Below, one piece after another: positions 28,957-38,055 of a DNA stretch of 64,000 bases. The position numbers and the translations under genes are program-made. The DNA lies in the NCBI GenBank assembly GCA_965228895.1, contig OZ245842.1, forward strand, positions 3,616,001 to 3,680,000, given 5' to 3'. Each line of letters opens with the position of its first letter. Position 1 is the stretch's first letter. The stretch is from Alphaproteobacteria bacterium (GTDB taxonomy: Bacteria; Pseudomonadota; Alphaproteobacteria; SP197). Under the pieces are notes generated by a model, which was not told the DNA's origin, ran no database searches, and was given only the letters and a program-made list of their open reading frames with translations.

Positions 28957-29873
28957 GGTGCAAGCTCGCTTCGCGCCGCGGCTAGCGCGCGCACGTGGTC
29001 GGGACCCAGGCCGCAGCAGCCGCCAATCAGGCGCGCGCCCCATTCGACCCAGTTCTTGGCCTCATGCACCAGGTCGGCGGGCTCGATGATGTCGACGAAC
29101 TGCCAGTTGGGCATCGTGAAGTAGCCGGATTCCGGATAGACCCCAAGCGGGCCGGACCAGCGCGCCTTGACCATGGCGAGCGCGTCCTCGGTGACGCGGA
29201 TATCGCTGTGCATGATGTTGACGACGTCGGGATCCATCGGCAGCAACGCGTCCAGAACGTCAGCGAAGCGAATGTCGGGGTAGTCGAAAGCGACGAGCTC
29301 GTCGTTGCCCTCCGCGCGGCCGCACGACATACCAAGCCAGACCGGCAAGCGGCTACGTTTCGCGGCCGCCATTGCCAGCGGCGCACGATCCAGATCCTCC
29401 ATCATCTCCAGCGCGATCGCGTCGACGCCCTCTTCCTCGAACACGCGCACCATCAGGTCGAAGCCTTTGGCTGCCTCGTCGGTGGTCGGCGGCGCGACCG
29501 GACTGTCGATATCGCCACCGGCGCCCATGGTCGAGATCGAGCCGATGACCGCGACGTCGGGCCGACCGGCGGCAAGACGCGCCTGATGGGCCAGCCGCAC
29601 AGCCTGACGCAGGCCGTCTTCGGCCTGATCGGCGTAGCGTGTCTTGGCCAGCATGAAGGGCGACATGCCGAAGGTGTTGGTGATGATCGCCTCGGCGCCA
29701 GCGTCGATGTAATCACGGTGGGCGGCGATAACGGCGTCTGGATAGTCAATGACGGCCGCGCCACTCCAGGCCAGTGCATCCATCGGCACGCCACGGTGCT
29801 CCAACTCGGTACCCATAGCGCCATCGATGATGACGAGCTCACCACCACGCAGTCTTTCTTCGATCGTCGCCAA
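28953..29873 (-). CDS. Homocysteine S-methyltransferase family protein
   Basis: IDGAMGTEL, H.DYI.AGA..I.TNTF and IGGCCG.GP.H. Confidence 0.9.
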   Translation of the reverse strand: MATIEERLRGGELVIIDGAMGTELEHRGVPMDALAWSGAAVIDYPDAVIAAHRDYIDAGAEAIITNTFGMSPFMLAKTRYADQAEDGLRQAVRLAHQARLAAGRPDVAVIGSISTMGAGGDIDSPVAPPTTDEAAKGFDLMVRVFEEEGVDAIALEMMEDLDRAPLAMAAAKRSRLPVWLGMSCGRAEGNDELVAFDYPDIRFADVLDALLPMDPDVVNIMHSDIRVTEDALAMVKARWSGPLGVYPESGYFTMPNWQFVDIIEPADLVHEAKNWVEWGARLIGGCCGLGPDHVRALAAARSELAP

Positions 29874-30019
29874 CGCCCGTCTCCCCTGAGCCAGTTAGGA
29901 GACTGTTATAGCAAGCCGCATCACCGCGGGCGATGGCCCACGGTGCGGACGATGGCTGAGATCTACTGTTTGGTAACGCGCTCGGCGATCAGGCTTTCTT
30001 GGACGCTCTTTCGTTGACG

Positions 30020-30211
30020 CTACGAGACGGCGGCTTGGCCACAATCACTGTCCGGGCAAGCATTGGCCGCGCCACGGCGCTTCCGCTTTGGCGAATCGGC
30101 CGAATCGCAGGTCGAACCATCACGCGAAGATGCCTTTGGCGCCGCGCTGTGCACGGTTGCAAAGCCGGAGGAACTGGCAACGGCGACGGTGCCAGGTTTC
30201 TTCTTTTCCAT
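30020..30211 (-). CDS. Possible small low-complexity protein (63 aa)
   Basis: AGGGAG 6 nt before the ATG; MEKKKPGT...CPDSDCG. No recognisable family. Confidence 0.35.
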   Translation of the reverse strand: MEKKKPGTVAVASSSGFATVHSAAPKASSRDGSTCDSADSPKRKRRGAANACPDSDCGQAAVS

Positions 30212-30375
30212 GAGCATCTCCCTTGTGTTTGAGCCACTGGGCGGGCTTATAGCCACCAGCCGTGACACCGTCGTGACATGCGCGGGCCACAACCCATACA
30301 TGACAAACCGGTGTCTTGACCGGGATAGGATGAACAACTTATGGAGGAACTGCGCCTCTGGAGGGTCAGCATAGC

Positions 30376-31596
30376 ATGACCAGCAGCCATGACGAACGGT
30401 TACGTGACGGCCTCGACCAACTAAAGGCCGAAGGACGCTATCGCATCTTTGCCGATTTGGAGCGTATTGCCGGGCGTTTCCCGCGTGCCCACCACCGTGA
30501 TGAAACAGGTGAGGTTCGTGAGGTAACCGTCTGGTGCTCCAACGATTATTTGGGTATGGGCCAGCACGAAAAAGTTGTATCGGCAATGCACGACACGCTG
30601 GACAACTGCGGTGCCGGCGCCGGCGGCACCCGTAACATTTCCGGCACCACGCACAATCACGTTTTGTTGGAAAAGGAGCTCGCCGGTCTGCACGGCAAGG
30701 AATCGGCCCTGCTGTTCACCTCCGGCTATGTCGCCAATCAGACGACCCTGGCCACACTGGGCCGCCACCTGAAGGGCTGCGTCATCCTGTCGGACGCCGA
30801 CAACCACGCCTCGATGATCGACGGCATCCGGGCTAGCGGCGCCGAGAAGCACATCTTCCGCCACAGCGATGCCAAGGACCTCGACCGGTTGCTCGGCGAA
30901 GTTCCCGCCGAACGGCCCAAGCTCGTCGCCTTCGAAAGCGTCTATTCCATGGATGGCGACATCGCGCCGATCGCTGACCTGTGCGACGTCGCGGAGCGCC
31001 ACGGCGCGATGACCTATCTGGACGAGGTGCACGCGGTCGGCCTCTACGGTCCCCACGGCGCCGGCGTTGCCGAGCGTGACGGCGTCGCCGACCGGCTCGA
31101 CATCATCCAGGGCACGCTGGGCAAGGCCTTTGGATGCATGGGCGGCTACATCGCCGGCTCCTCCACCCTGTGCGACTTCGTCAGAAGCCACGGTTCCGGA
31201 TTCATCTTCACCACATCCCTGCCGCCGATGCTTCTGGCCGGCGCGCTGGCCAGTGTGCGTCACCTGAAGACGAGCAATACCGAACGCGAACGCCACCAGG
31301 AGCGCGCGCGGCGGCTGAAGGATCTGCTTGCCGCCGCCGGTCTTCCGGTGGTCATGACGCCCAGCCACATCGTGCCGGTCATGGTTGGCGATGCCACCGC
31401 CTGCAAGCAGGCGAGCGACCTCCTGCTCAGTGAGCATGCGATCTATGTCCAGCCGATCAACTACCCGACGGTGCCGCGCGGCACCGAACGGCTGCGCATC
31501 ACGCCGACGCCGCTGCACGGCGACACGGAGATGGACCAACTGGTCAACGCTCTCACGGACGTCTGGTCACGGCTGGGTCTGAAACACGCGGCCTAG
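30376..31596 (+). CDS. hemA: 5-aminolevulinate synthase
   Basis: [39 protein letters not shown] and [10 protein letters not shown]. Confidence 0.97.
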   Translation: MTSSHDERLRDGLDQLKAEGRYRIFADLERIAGRFPRAHHRDETGEVREVTVWCSNDYLGMGQHEKVVSAMHDTLDNCGAGAGGTRNISGTTHNHVLLEKELAGLHGKESALLFTSGYVANQTTLATLGRHLKGCVILSDADNHASMIDGIRASGAEKHIFRHSDAKDLDRLLGEVPAERPKLVAFESVYSMDGDIAPIADLCDVAERHGAMTYLDEVHAVGLYGPHGAGVAERDGVADRLDIIQGTLGKAFGCMGGYIAGSSTLCDFVRSHGSGFIFTTSLPPMLLAGALASVRHLKTSNTERERHQERARRLKDLLAAAGLPVVMTPSHIVPVMVGDATACKQASDLLLSEHAIYVQPINYPTVPRGTERLRITPTPLHGDTEMDQLVNALTDVWSRLGLKHAA

Positions 31597-31610
31597 GTCG
31601 TTTCCGGTTT

Positions 31611-31693
31611 AGTTGGCATCGCCGGCCCACTCCCCCTCCCGACCACCCCGAGGATGCTGCCATGGGTGGCCGGGAGGGGAGCGGGCCGGCGCC
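31611..31693 (+). repeat. GC-rich palindromic REP-like element, copy 1
   Basis: GTTGGCATC-GCCGGCCC.CTCCCC.TCCCG...CGGGAGGGGAGCGGGCCGGC. Further copies at 37118 and 48770. Confidence 0.8.
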
Positions 31694-31737
31694 GAACCAG
31701 CGTCAGCGAGAAAGATTCTAGACCGGGCCTTGGCGCG

Positions 31738-32148
31738 CTACCGCTCATCGTCTCTGGATGCCGCCAGGTAGTCCTGTAGCGGCCGGTCAACCTCGATAAT
31801 ATGGTTGAGGGAGGCCTCCAGGTACTCCGCGAGTTCGCTGCTCAACTGCTGCAGGTTTTCCAGGTTGATCAGCCGGTAGATGCTATGCAGCACGTCGATC
31901 AAGCCCTCGTGGCTCGCCTGATGTTCGGCGGCATCGGGATAACGGCATCGTTCCATCACCGCGACCTCGTTGTCGAAATGCGTTTGCTGATGGATCTGTA
32001 GCTGCATCAAGAGCTTGGTGGCGCGGTCGACATCCTTGCCATCGATCGCGTCCCTGATGTCGTGGACGGTTTGCACGAGCTGGTCGTGCTCCGACTTCAT
32101 TTGTTCGAGAGCGCCGTCCAGCGGGTCGTCTGTCATCCCATCACTCAC
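31738..32148 (-). CDS. Bacteriohemerythrin-like protein
   Basis: Di-iron ligand spacing H...HFDNE...YP...H...H...HI..VD. Confidence 0.82.
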   Translation of the reverse strand: MSDGMTDDPLDGALEQMKSEHDQLVQTVHDIRDAIDGKDVDRATKLLMQLQIHQQTHFDNEVAVMERCRYPDAAEHQASHEGLIDVLHSIYRLINLENLQQLSSELAEYLEASLNHIIEVDRPLQDYLAASRDDER

Positions 32149-32222
32149 ATCAACCTTTTTGGGCGTTCGGCTTCCGTCCTTCTACCCGGTTGTGACCCTG
32201 ACGGGCCTTCACGCAACCGACA

Positions 32223-32236
32223 TTGACACAGGTCAA
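32223..32236. promoter_or_regulatory. FNR/FixK-type box
   Basis: Perfect palindrome TTGAC-ACAG-GTCAA between the divergent hemerythrin and cyclase genes. Confidence 0.7.
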
Positions 32237-32313
32237 GGGCAGCCGGTCCGACACCGTGTTTGATGCCAGTGTCACCTCAGGCATGCGGGTGTGCCAGGGC
32301 ATACATCGGCGAC

Positions 32314-34176
32314 ATGACAGACGCGTTAGCGGTCAAGACCTCAGCAACGAACACCAAGGGCCGCCGGCTGGCTGGCCCGATGGCTGCTTTCGTTTTCCTG
32401 GGGGTGCTCACCGCCACCTTGATCCCACTCGTCATCGTCTACGCCCTGCTTGTCGACGTTGCGCTATCCAACACCAACGAGCTGGTTCGCGATAAAGCCG
32501 CCATCATTGTCAGCGCGGTCGAAGACCACGTTACCGGCTATCTGGACCCGATACCCGAACAGATCGAGGAAGTCGCGGAGCTGCTCGGTGCCCGGGACCT
32601 GACGATCGACGACACCGAGGCATTCGATGATCTGTTCCAGGCCGCCATGGCAGCGACACCCCAGGTCGCCACGCTCTCTTATGCCACAGCCGACGGTCAA
32701 GTTCTGCGGGTCTATCGCGACCGTGAAACCGACCGGGTGCTGCATGACGACTGGTCCGACGATCCGGCGTTCATGGCAACGCTCGAGACGTTTGCCAACG
32801 CGGCCAACCCCGCCTGGGATGGCATCTTCATCGCCGAAGCGGTGAACCGGCCTTTCATCAACTACATCTTTCCCGTCTATCGCGACACGTTTCAGGGCAT
32901 TTTGATCGCCAGCGTTTCGTTGGAGGAACTGTCGCGCTATATGCTGACGTTCGAGAAAGGGTTTCTGGGAACGCCGTTCCTGTTGCGCGGCGCCGACAGT
33001 GTGCTGGCTCATCCACGCCTGCCCGATCTCTACGGTCAACTGACGGACGCTGCGCCGCTGCCCCGCCTGAACGAGATCGACGACCCCCTCCTGGCAGGCA
33101 TGTGGAACGGTCAACTGGACGGCGACCACGTGAACCGTTTTACCGGCAGCGTCAGCGCGCGTGTCGTCGAATGGAACGGCGAGACTGAAGTCTTTCTCTA
33201 TCGCCCACTGCACGGCTATGATACCGCGACCTGGTATGTCGCGACGCACCTGCCGCTTTCGACGATCGCGCCGCAGCTCGACCGGCTGGATATTCTGTCG
33301 ACCGCGGCGCTTGCCGCCGTTATCTGTGCGTTCGCGATATCGCTCTTTCTTAGCCACACGCTGACACGTCCGATCCGCCGGCTCGCGGCCGCCATGCGCC
33401 AGATTGCCGAACTGCAATTCGACGCACCGCGGGAGCCAACCCGCAGCACCTTCGTCGAGGTCGAGGACGCCATGGCCGCGTGCGATCACGCGCGCCGCAG
33501 CCTCAAGACGTTCGGGCGTTACGTCCCCAGAAAACTGGTCCGCAAGCTGCTCGATGCCGACCATGCCGGCCGCATGCCGGGCACACAGACCGACATCACG
33601 GTCCTGTTTACCGACATCATGGGTTTCACCGCGATGTCGGAGAAGATGTCGGCGGTGCAGTTGGAGGAGTTCCTGAACGAACACTTCGCCCTGTTGGACG
33701 CATGTATCGAAGCCTCTGACGGCACGACCGACAAATACATCGGCGATTCCTTGATGGCGTTTTGGGGCGCACCGGAGCGGCAGGACGATCAGGCCCTGCG
33801 AGCCTGTCAAGCGGCGGCGGCGATCGCGCGCGCGATCCGCGACAACAACGACAAGAGAGAGCGCAACGGTCTTGACCGCGTTCAACTGCGCATTGGCATC
33901 CATTCCGGTCCCGTTGTGGTCGGCGATATCGGGCCGACGGGCCGCGTCAACTATACCGTCGTCGGCGACAGCGTGAACATCGCCGAACGGCTCGAAGAAC
34001 TCGCCCGTAATGTGCCACACCGCAATGGCGATGTCGGCGCGGTAATCAGCCAGCAGACCGCGATGGCGGCCGGCGGCGATCTGCCGACGCGTTCGCTGGG
34101 GCGACATGTGCTGCATGGGCGGCGCGGTCGCATCGAAGCCCTTGTTCTCGATCTCGACCACGTACCGGCCCCCTAG
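32314..34176 (+). CDS. Membrane adenylate cyclase (Cache-like sensor, HAMP, class III cyclase)
   Basis: Two TM segments, HAMP TRPIRRL, FTDIMGFT, DKYIGD and NYTVVGDSVNIAERLE. Confidence 0.9.
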   Translation: MTDALAVKTSATNTKGRRLAGPMAAFVFLGVLTATLIPLVIVYALLVDVALSNTNELVRDKAAIIVSAVEDHVTGYLDPIPEQIEEVAELLGARDLTIDDTEAFDDLFQAAMAATPQVATLSYATADGQVLRVYRDRETDRVLHDDWSDDPAFMATLETFANAANPAWDGIFIAEAVNRPFINYIFPVYRDTFQGILIASVSLEELSRYMLTFEKGFLGTPFLLRGADSVLAHPRLPDLYGQLTDAAPLPRLNEIDDPLLAGMWNGQLDGDHVNRFTGSVSARVVEWNGETEVFLYRPLHGYDTATWYVATHLPLSTIAPQLDRLDILSTAALAAVICAFAISLFLSHTLTRPIRRLAAAMRQIAELQFDAPREPTRSTFVEVEDAMAACDHARRSLKTFGRYVPRKLVRKLLDADHAGRMPGTQTDITVLFTDIMGFTAMSEKMSAVQLEEFLNEHFALLDACIEASDGTTDKYIGDSLMAFWGAPERQDDQALRACQAAAAIARAIRDNNDKRERNGLDRVQLRIGIHSGPVVVGDIGPTGRVNYTVVGDSVNIAERLEELARNVPHRNGDVGAVISQQTAMAAGGDLPTRSLGRHVLHGRRGRIEALVLDLDHVPAP

Positions 34177-34189
34177 AAAGGAAACGCCG

Positions 34190-34312
34190 ATGGATCTTCA
34201 CAAGCGCATCCTGGAATGGCAGGCCGCACACCCCATCACCACCTGGATCTTCTGGCTCATCGTCTGGGCCATCGTCCTGGTGCTGCTCCTGTGGCCCGAA
34301 ACCGTGGCCTAA
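34190..34312 (+). CDS. 40-aa Trp-rich single-TM micro-protein
   Basis: GAAAGGA RBS, GC3-biased codons; MDLHKRILEWQAAHPITTWIFWLIVWAIVLVLLLWPETVA. Confidence 0.6.
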   Translation: MDLHKRILEWQAAHPITTWIFWLIVWAIVLVLLLWPETVA

Positions 34313-34372
34313 GCGGGCATGGCGCCCTGCAGTTGATCATGGGAGAATGCCGCGCAGGGATAAACGGGGCCA

Positions 34373-34678
34373 ATGGCTTTATCGCTTTCCTATATTGTGG
34401 AGACCCTCGCGACCAGCGCTGCGGAATCGCTGATCGATCCCGTCTATTTTGTCGTCTACCTCGCCGCCGGCATCCTGATCCGCAAGTTCTGGTGGGCGGT
34501 GGCTGCGGGATTGGCCTGGCCCGTCCTGATTGACGCCGGCGCCTGGATCATCTACCCCGGCGACAGCCTGCCATGGGGCCAGGTCGGCCCGATCATCGGC
34601 GGCCCCATCGCGACGGCGGTGATCTGGTGGATCAGGAACCTGTTCCGGCAGAAGACCGACGGCGATGCGAACGGCTAG
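34373..34678 (+). CDS. Small hypothetical membrane protein
   Basis: About 3 hydrophobic segments and host-like codon usage. Confidence 0.65.
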   Translation: MALSLSYIVETLATSAAESLIDPVYFVVYLAAGILIRKFWWAVAAGLAWPVLIDAGAWIIYPGDSLPWGQVGPIIGGPIATAVIWWIRNLFRQKTDGDANG

Positions 34679-34693
34679 GCAGTTGTTGCCGGC

Positions 34694-35512
34694 CTAGGCA
34701 TCGGCGTCATACATCGTCACGAACTCCAGAAACTTTGAGGCTTCCAGCATGTCGGCGGCGACGAAACGCACCGTATAGGCGGCGGGACGTTCGACAATCG
34801 ACAGATAATCGAGCAGTTCCGGCTGCATGCGGTTCTTGAAGTCGATTTCCATCGTGACTGGCGCGTCAACACCGCGCGGCTTGAAGTCGCCGAGCCGTTC
34901 CATGGCAACCGCCGCTTTGTGGCGCACCAGCTCGCGGGCATCTTCAGGCCGCAGTGTCCGTGCCGACAACGTGCCGTGCGCCCACTTCACTTCCGCAGTC
35001 TCGATGTCGCCGAACACGTCACGGGCATGGGCACAGTAGACGTCGTCGCCGGTTGCCAGAACCACGGGCACGTGGAAGTGGGCGGCGATCGCCGCGCTCA
35101 GCACCGTCTCCGACGCGACCTCGCCGTTCAGCCTGATCTCGCGGATGCCACCGGTCATGGTGTGTGCCAGAACGCCGCCCATCGCGGTCGATCCGGCGTG
35201 ATAGCCGATCAGCATGGCCGCCGCGAAAGACCCGGTCTCCAGCCCCTGCATCATGGCCAGTGGCCGGGGCCAGGAGCGGATCACCTGCGTGCCCTCGGGC
35301 AAACGCTCCAACAGCAAGTTTTCCCCGCTGCCGTGGGAGTCACTGACCACGATCTCCTCAACACCGGCGCCTTCGGCCGCCTCGCACGCCGCGACGACCT
35401 CGTCGGTCATCCAGGCGCGCGCGCGTTCGTATTCGAACCCCTTGGGTGATGTGTGGTTGCGCGTAACGACACCGGCGATGCCTTCGATGTCGGCGGAAAT
35501 GTACAAACGCAT
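34694..35512 (-). CDS. dppA: D-aminopeptidase, M55 family
   Basis: YISADIEG, SDSHG, IGYHA and LAHT. Confidence 0.9.
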   Translation of the reverse strand: MRLYISADIEGIAGVVTRNHTSPKGFEYERARAWMTDEVVAACEAAEGAGVEEIVVSDSHGSGENLLLERLPEGTQVIRSWPRPLAMMQGLETGSFAAAMLIGYHAGSTAMGGVLAHTMTGGIREIRLNGEVASETVLSAAIAAHFHVPVVLATGDDVYCAHARDVFGDIETAEVKWAHGTLSARTLRPEDARELVRHKAAVAMERLGDFKPRGVDAPVTMEIDFKNRMQPELLDYLSIVERPAAYTVRFVAADMLEASKFLEFVTMYDADA

Positions 35513-35524
35513 GACGGCCCTCCC

Positions 35525-35664
35525 CTAGAGCAGATCCTGTTTTGATGGGATCGCTTCGCGATTCCGTCAAGGCAGGTGAGTCTGCTCTACTTATGGATAG
35601 AGAGCGGATTCACATGGTTAAGTGGAACCGCTTAACGGTTCCACTTAACCATGATCCGCTCTAA
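35525..35664. repeat. RIME/Bru-RS-like double-hairpin element, copy 2
   Basis: Homologous to 25285-25423, with compensatory base changes. Confidence 0.8.
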
Positions 35665-35724
35665 CACCGATCATAGCGCGCGGGGCTAAAGCCGTATCGT
35701 TCAATTCACCTCAGTCGGCCCAAC

Positions 35725-36912
35725 CTATGCGGCAAGCGCCCGGGTCAGGTCGTCCTTGACGTCCTCGGCGTCTTCCAGGCCGACATGCAGGCGCACCAGA
35801 CCGTCGCCGATACCCAGGTGATCACGCTCTTCCTGGCTCAGCCGCTGATGGGTTGTGGTCGCCGGATGGGTGATCAGGCTTTTCGAATCACCCAGATTGT
35901 TCGAGATGTCGATCAGCTTGAGCGCGTTCAGGAACCGGAACGCGCGATCCTTGCCGCCGTCCAACTCAAACGCCACAACGCTGCCACCGTCGGACATCTG
36001 CCGCTTCACCAGCGCGCGCTGCGGATGGCTGGCCAGCGTCGGATAAAGCGTCCGGATGATGCCGTTGCGGGTCTCCAGATGGCTCGCGACGTCGAACGCG
36101 TTCTGGCAATGACGCGCCATCCTGAGGTCAAGCGTCTCCAACCCCTTCAGCAGCAGCCACGCGTTGAACGGACTGAGCGATGGACCGGTATGGCGCATGA
36201 ACGGCACCAGATTGTCTTTTACGAATTCCTCGCTGGCCAGGATCGCACCGCCCAGGCACCGGCCCTGGCCGTCGATATGTTTGGTCGCCGAATAGACGAC
36301 GACGTCGGCGCCCAGCTCCAACGGTTTTTGCAGCAGCGGTGAGGCAAAGACGTTGTCGACGACAACCGTCGCGCCGGCCTCGTGCGCCAGGGTGCAAACC
36401 GCCGGCAAATCGATGATCTCCAGCGTCGGGTTGGATGGCGTCTCCAGAAACACCGCCTTGGCGCCCGGCTTCAGCGCATCGCGCCACTGATCGAGGTCGG
36501 TGCCGTCGACCAGTGTCGTCTCAACGCCATAGCGCGGCAGGATTTCGGAAACGATGAAATGGCACGAACCGAACAGGGCGCGCGACGCGACGACCCGGTC
36601 GCCTGCCTTAAGCTGGCACATCAGCGATGCGAACACCGCGGCCATGCCGCTTGACGTGGCGCGGCATGCTTCGGCGCCCTCCAATAGGCGCAACCGTTCC
36701 TCGAACATGCCAACGGTCGGGTTGCCGTAGCGCGAATAGATGTAACGGGGATCCTTGCCCTTGAAGGCGGCCTCGGCCGCTTCGGCACTTTCATAAACGT
36801 AACCCGACGTCATATAGAGCGCTTCCGACGTTTCGGCGAATGCGCTTCTTGCCAGACCGCCACGCACAAGCTCGGTCTGGGGACGATAGGTCGGGGTATC
36901 CTTGTCGGTCAT
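35725..36912 (-). CDS. metZ: O-succinylhomoserine sulfhydrylase
   Basis: ETSEALYMTSGYVY, YSRYGNPT, YSATKHIDGQGR and ISNNLGDSKSL. Confidence 0.94.
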   Translation of the reverse strand: MTDKDTPTYRPQTELVRGGLARSAFAETSEALYMTSGYVYESAEAAEAAFKGKDPRYIYSRYGNPTVGMFEERLRLLEGAEACRATSSGMAAVFASLMCQLKAGDRVVASRALFGSCHFIVSEILPRYGVETTLVDGTDLDQWRDALKPGAKAVFLETPSNPTLEIIDLPAVCTLAHEAGATVVVDNVFASPLLQKPLELGADVVVYSATKHIDGQGRCLGGAILASEEFVKDNLVPFMRHTGPSLSPFNAWLLLKGLETLDLRMARHCQNAFDVASHLETRNGIIRTLYPTLASHPQRALVKRQMSDGGSVVAFELDGGKDRAFRFLNALKLIDISNNLGDSKSLITHPATTTHQRLSQEERDHLGIGDGLVRLHVGLEDAEDVKDDLTRALAA

Positions 36913-36929
36913 AACGCGGCCTCCATATG

Positions 36930-36962
36930 AAAAAACCCCGACCGGCATATGGGGTCAGGGCT
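36930..36962 (-). terminator. Attenuator terminator in the metZ leader
   Basis: Minus strand reads CCCTGACC...GGTCGGGG-TTTTTT, between the aptamer and the RBS. Confidence 0.65.
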
Positions 36963-36979
36963 TTCGTTTCGGAAACCGC

Positions 36980-37040
36980 GACCTCTTTAGCGTTTTGTTT
37001 AACGTGGCCGCAAGCCGGTCGGCACAAATCACCACGTGAT
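36980..37040 (-). ncRNA. SAM-II (SAM-alpha) riboswitch
   Basis: Minus strand reads CGTGGTGATTTGTGCCGACCGGCTTGCGGCCACGTTAAACAAAACGCTAAAGAGG, upstream of metZ. Confidence 0.9.
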
Positions 37041-37117
37041 CTGCTAGGTAATCCCGCAAGCCCCGCGTGTCAAGGGGCGGTGTTTTGCCTAGAGCATGGC
37101 CTGCTCACAGAGGGTCG

Positions 37118-37197
37118 GTCCGGCCCGCTCCGCTCCCTGCCACCCATGGCAGCATCCTTGGGGTGGCCGGGAGGGGAGCGAGCCGGGGATGCCAACT
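37118..37197 (-). repeat. GC-rich palindromic REP-like element, copy 2
   Basis: Reverse complement of 31611-31693; ends in GATGCCAACT. Confidence 0.8.
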
Positions 37198-37211
37198 ATA
37201 CCGCGAAAGCC

Positions 37212-37835
37212 CTAGAGACCCGGATGCGTGGTGATGCCCTCGATAATCATCTCGACGGCGATGGCCAGAACGATCATGCCGGCGAGCCGATTGATGACCA
37301 TCAGGCCGGCGGTCCCCAACACGCGCCCAATTGGCGCGGCGGCGCAGTAGGCGATGGCGACGATGACGCCGAGGGCCACGATGATTAGCGAAATGACGCC
37401 TTGATGTTCGATCCCGGTGCTTTCGTGCGACTCGACAATGACCTTGGCGATCGCACCGGCGCCACCCAGCATGGGTATGCCGATCGGCACGATGCCGACA
37501 TGGGTCCCGGACTGTCCCGCGACTTCATCCTCGACATTGACATCCGGCATGGGTGTCATCGCCAGCATCTGCAGACCGACAATAGCGATCACGATACCGC
37601 CGGCAATCTGGAACGATGGCAGCGACGATCCCAATGCCTGGACGACGGTTTCGCCAGAATATTGGAACACCAGCAGGGTCAACGTTACCGTTATGGCCGC
37701 CGCAATCGCAGCCTTGATCCTGCCATTGCTTGTGAGATGCGACGTCAGCGCCAAAAACAACGGAATGCTTGTAAATGGATCGACCAGGGCAAGCAGTCCA
37801 ACCGAAAATCGTGTGTACTCAGACCAGCTTTCCAA
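37212..37835 (-). CDS. MarC family membrane protein
   Basis: LVDPF..IPLF, FQIAGGI, IVPIGIP..GG.GAI and RLAGMI.LAIAVE. Confidence 0.9.
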   Translation of the reverse strand: MESWSEYTRFSVGLLALVDPFTSIPLFLALTSHLTSNGRIKAAIAAAITVTLTLLVFQYSGETVVQALGSSLPSFQIAGGIVIAIVGLQMLAMTPMPDVNVEDEVAGQSGTHVGIVPIGIPMLGGAGAIAKVIVESHESTGIEHQGVISLIIVALGVIVAIAYCAAAPIGRVLGTAGLMVINRLAGMIVLAIAVEMIIEGITTHPGL

Positions 37836-37934
37836 GATTCGATCCCTGACGATTCAACGTGAGAGGCCCCAAGGCGTACTGCCCCCTTGATGGTGTTTGC
37901 GCAGCGCGTCTCCTCAAGCAATAGACCAGTGACG

Positions 37935-37980
37935 GGGCCCTGCCAACACTCCTGCTGACGCAGGGGAAAGCACTCGGCTT
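37935..37980 (-). ncRNA. Candidate cis-regulatory RNA in the marC leader
   Basis: Minus strand reads GCCGAGTGCTTTCCCCTGCGTCAGCAGGAGTGTTGGCAGGGC, with nested stems. It recalls nhaA-type (Li+/Na+) motifs from memory only. Confidence 0.4.
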
Positions 37981-38055
37981 GGGCGCCAAGGGTTGTCATT
38001 GCCGCGAATGCCTGTTTTTAGTGTGCCCAACGTGTTGATGGGGGAAATCAGTCCG

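Noticed and set aside
30316-30329. TTGAC-CGGG-ATAGG before hemA as an FNR box
   Set aside because: Only one half-site matches, and it may simply be a -35 element.
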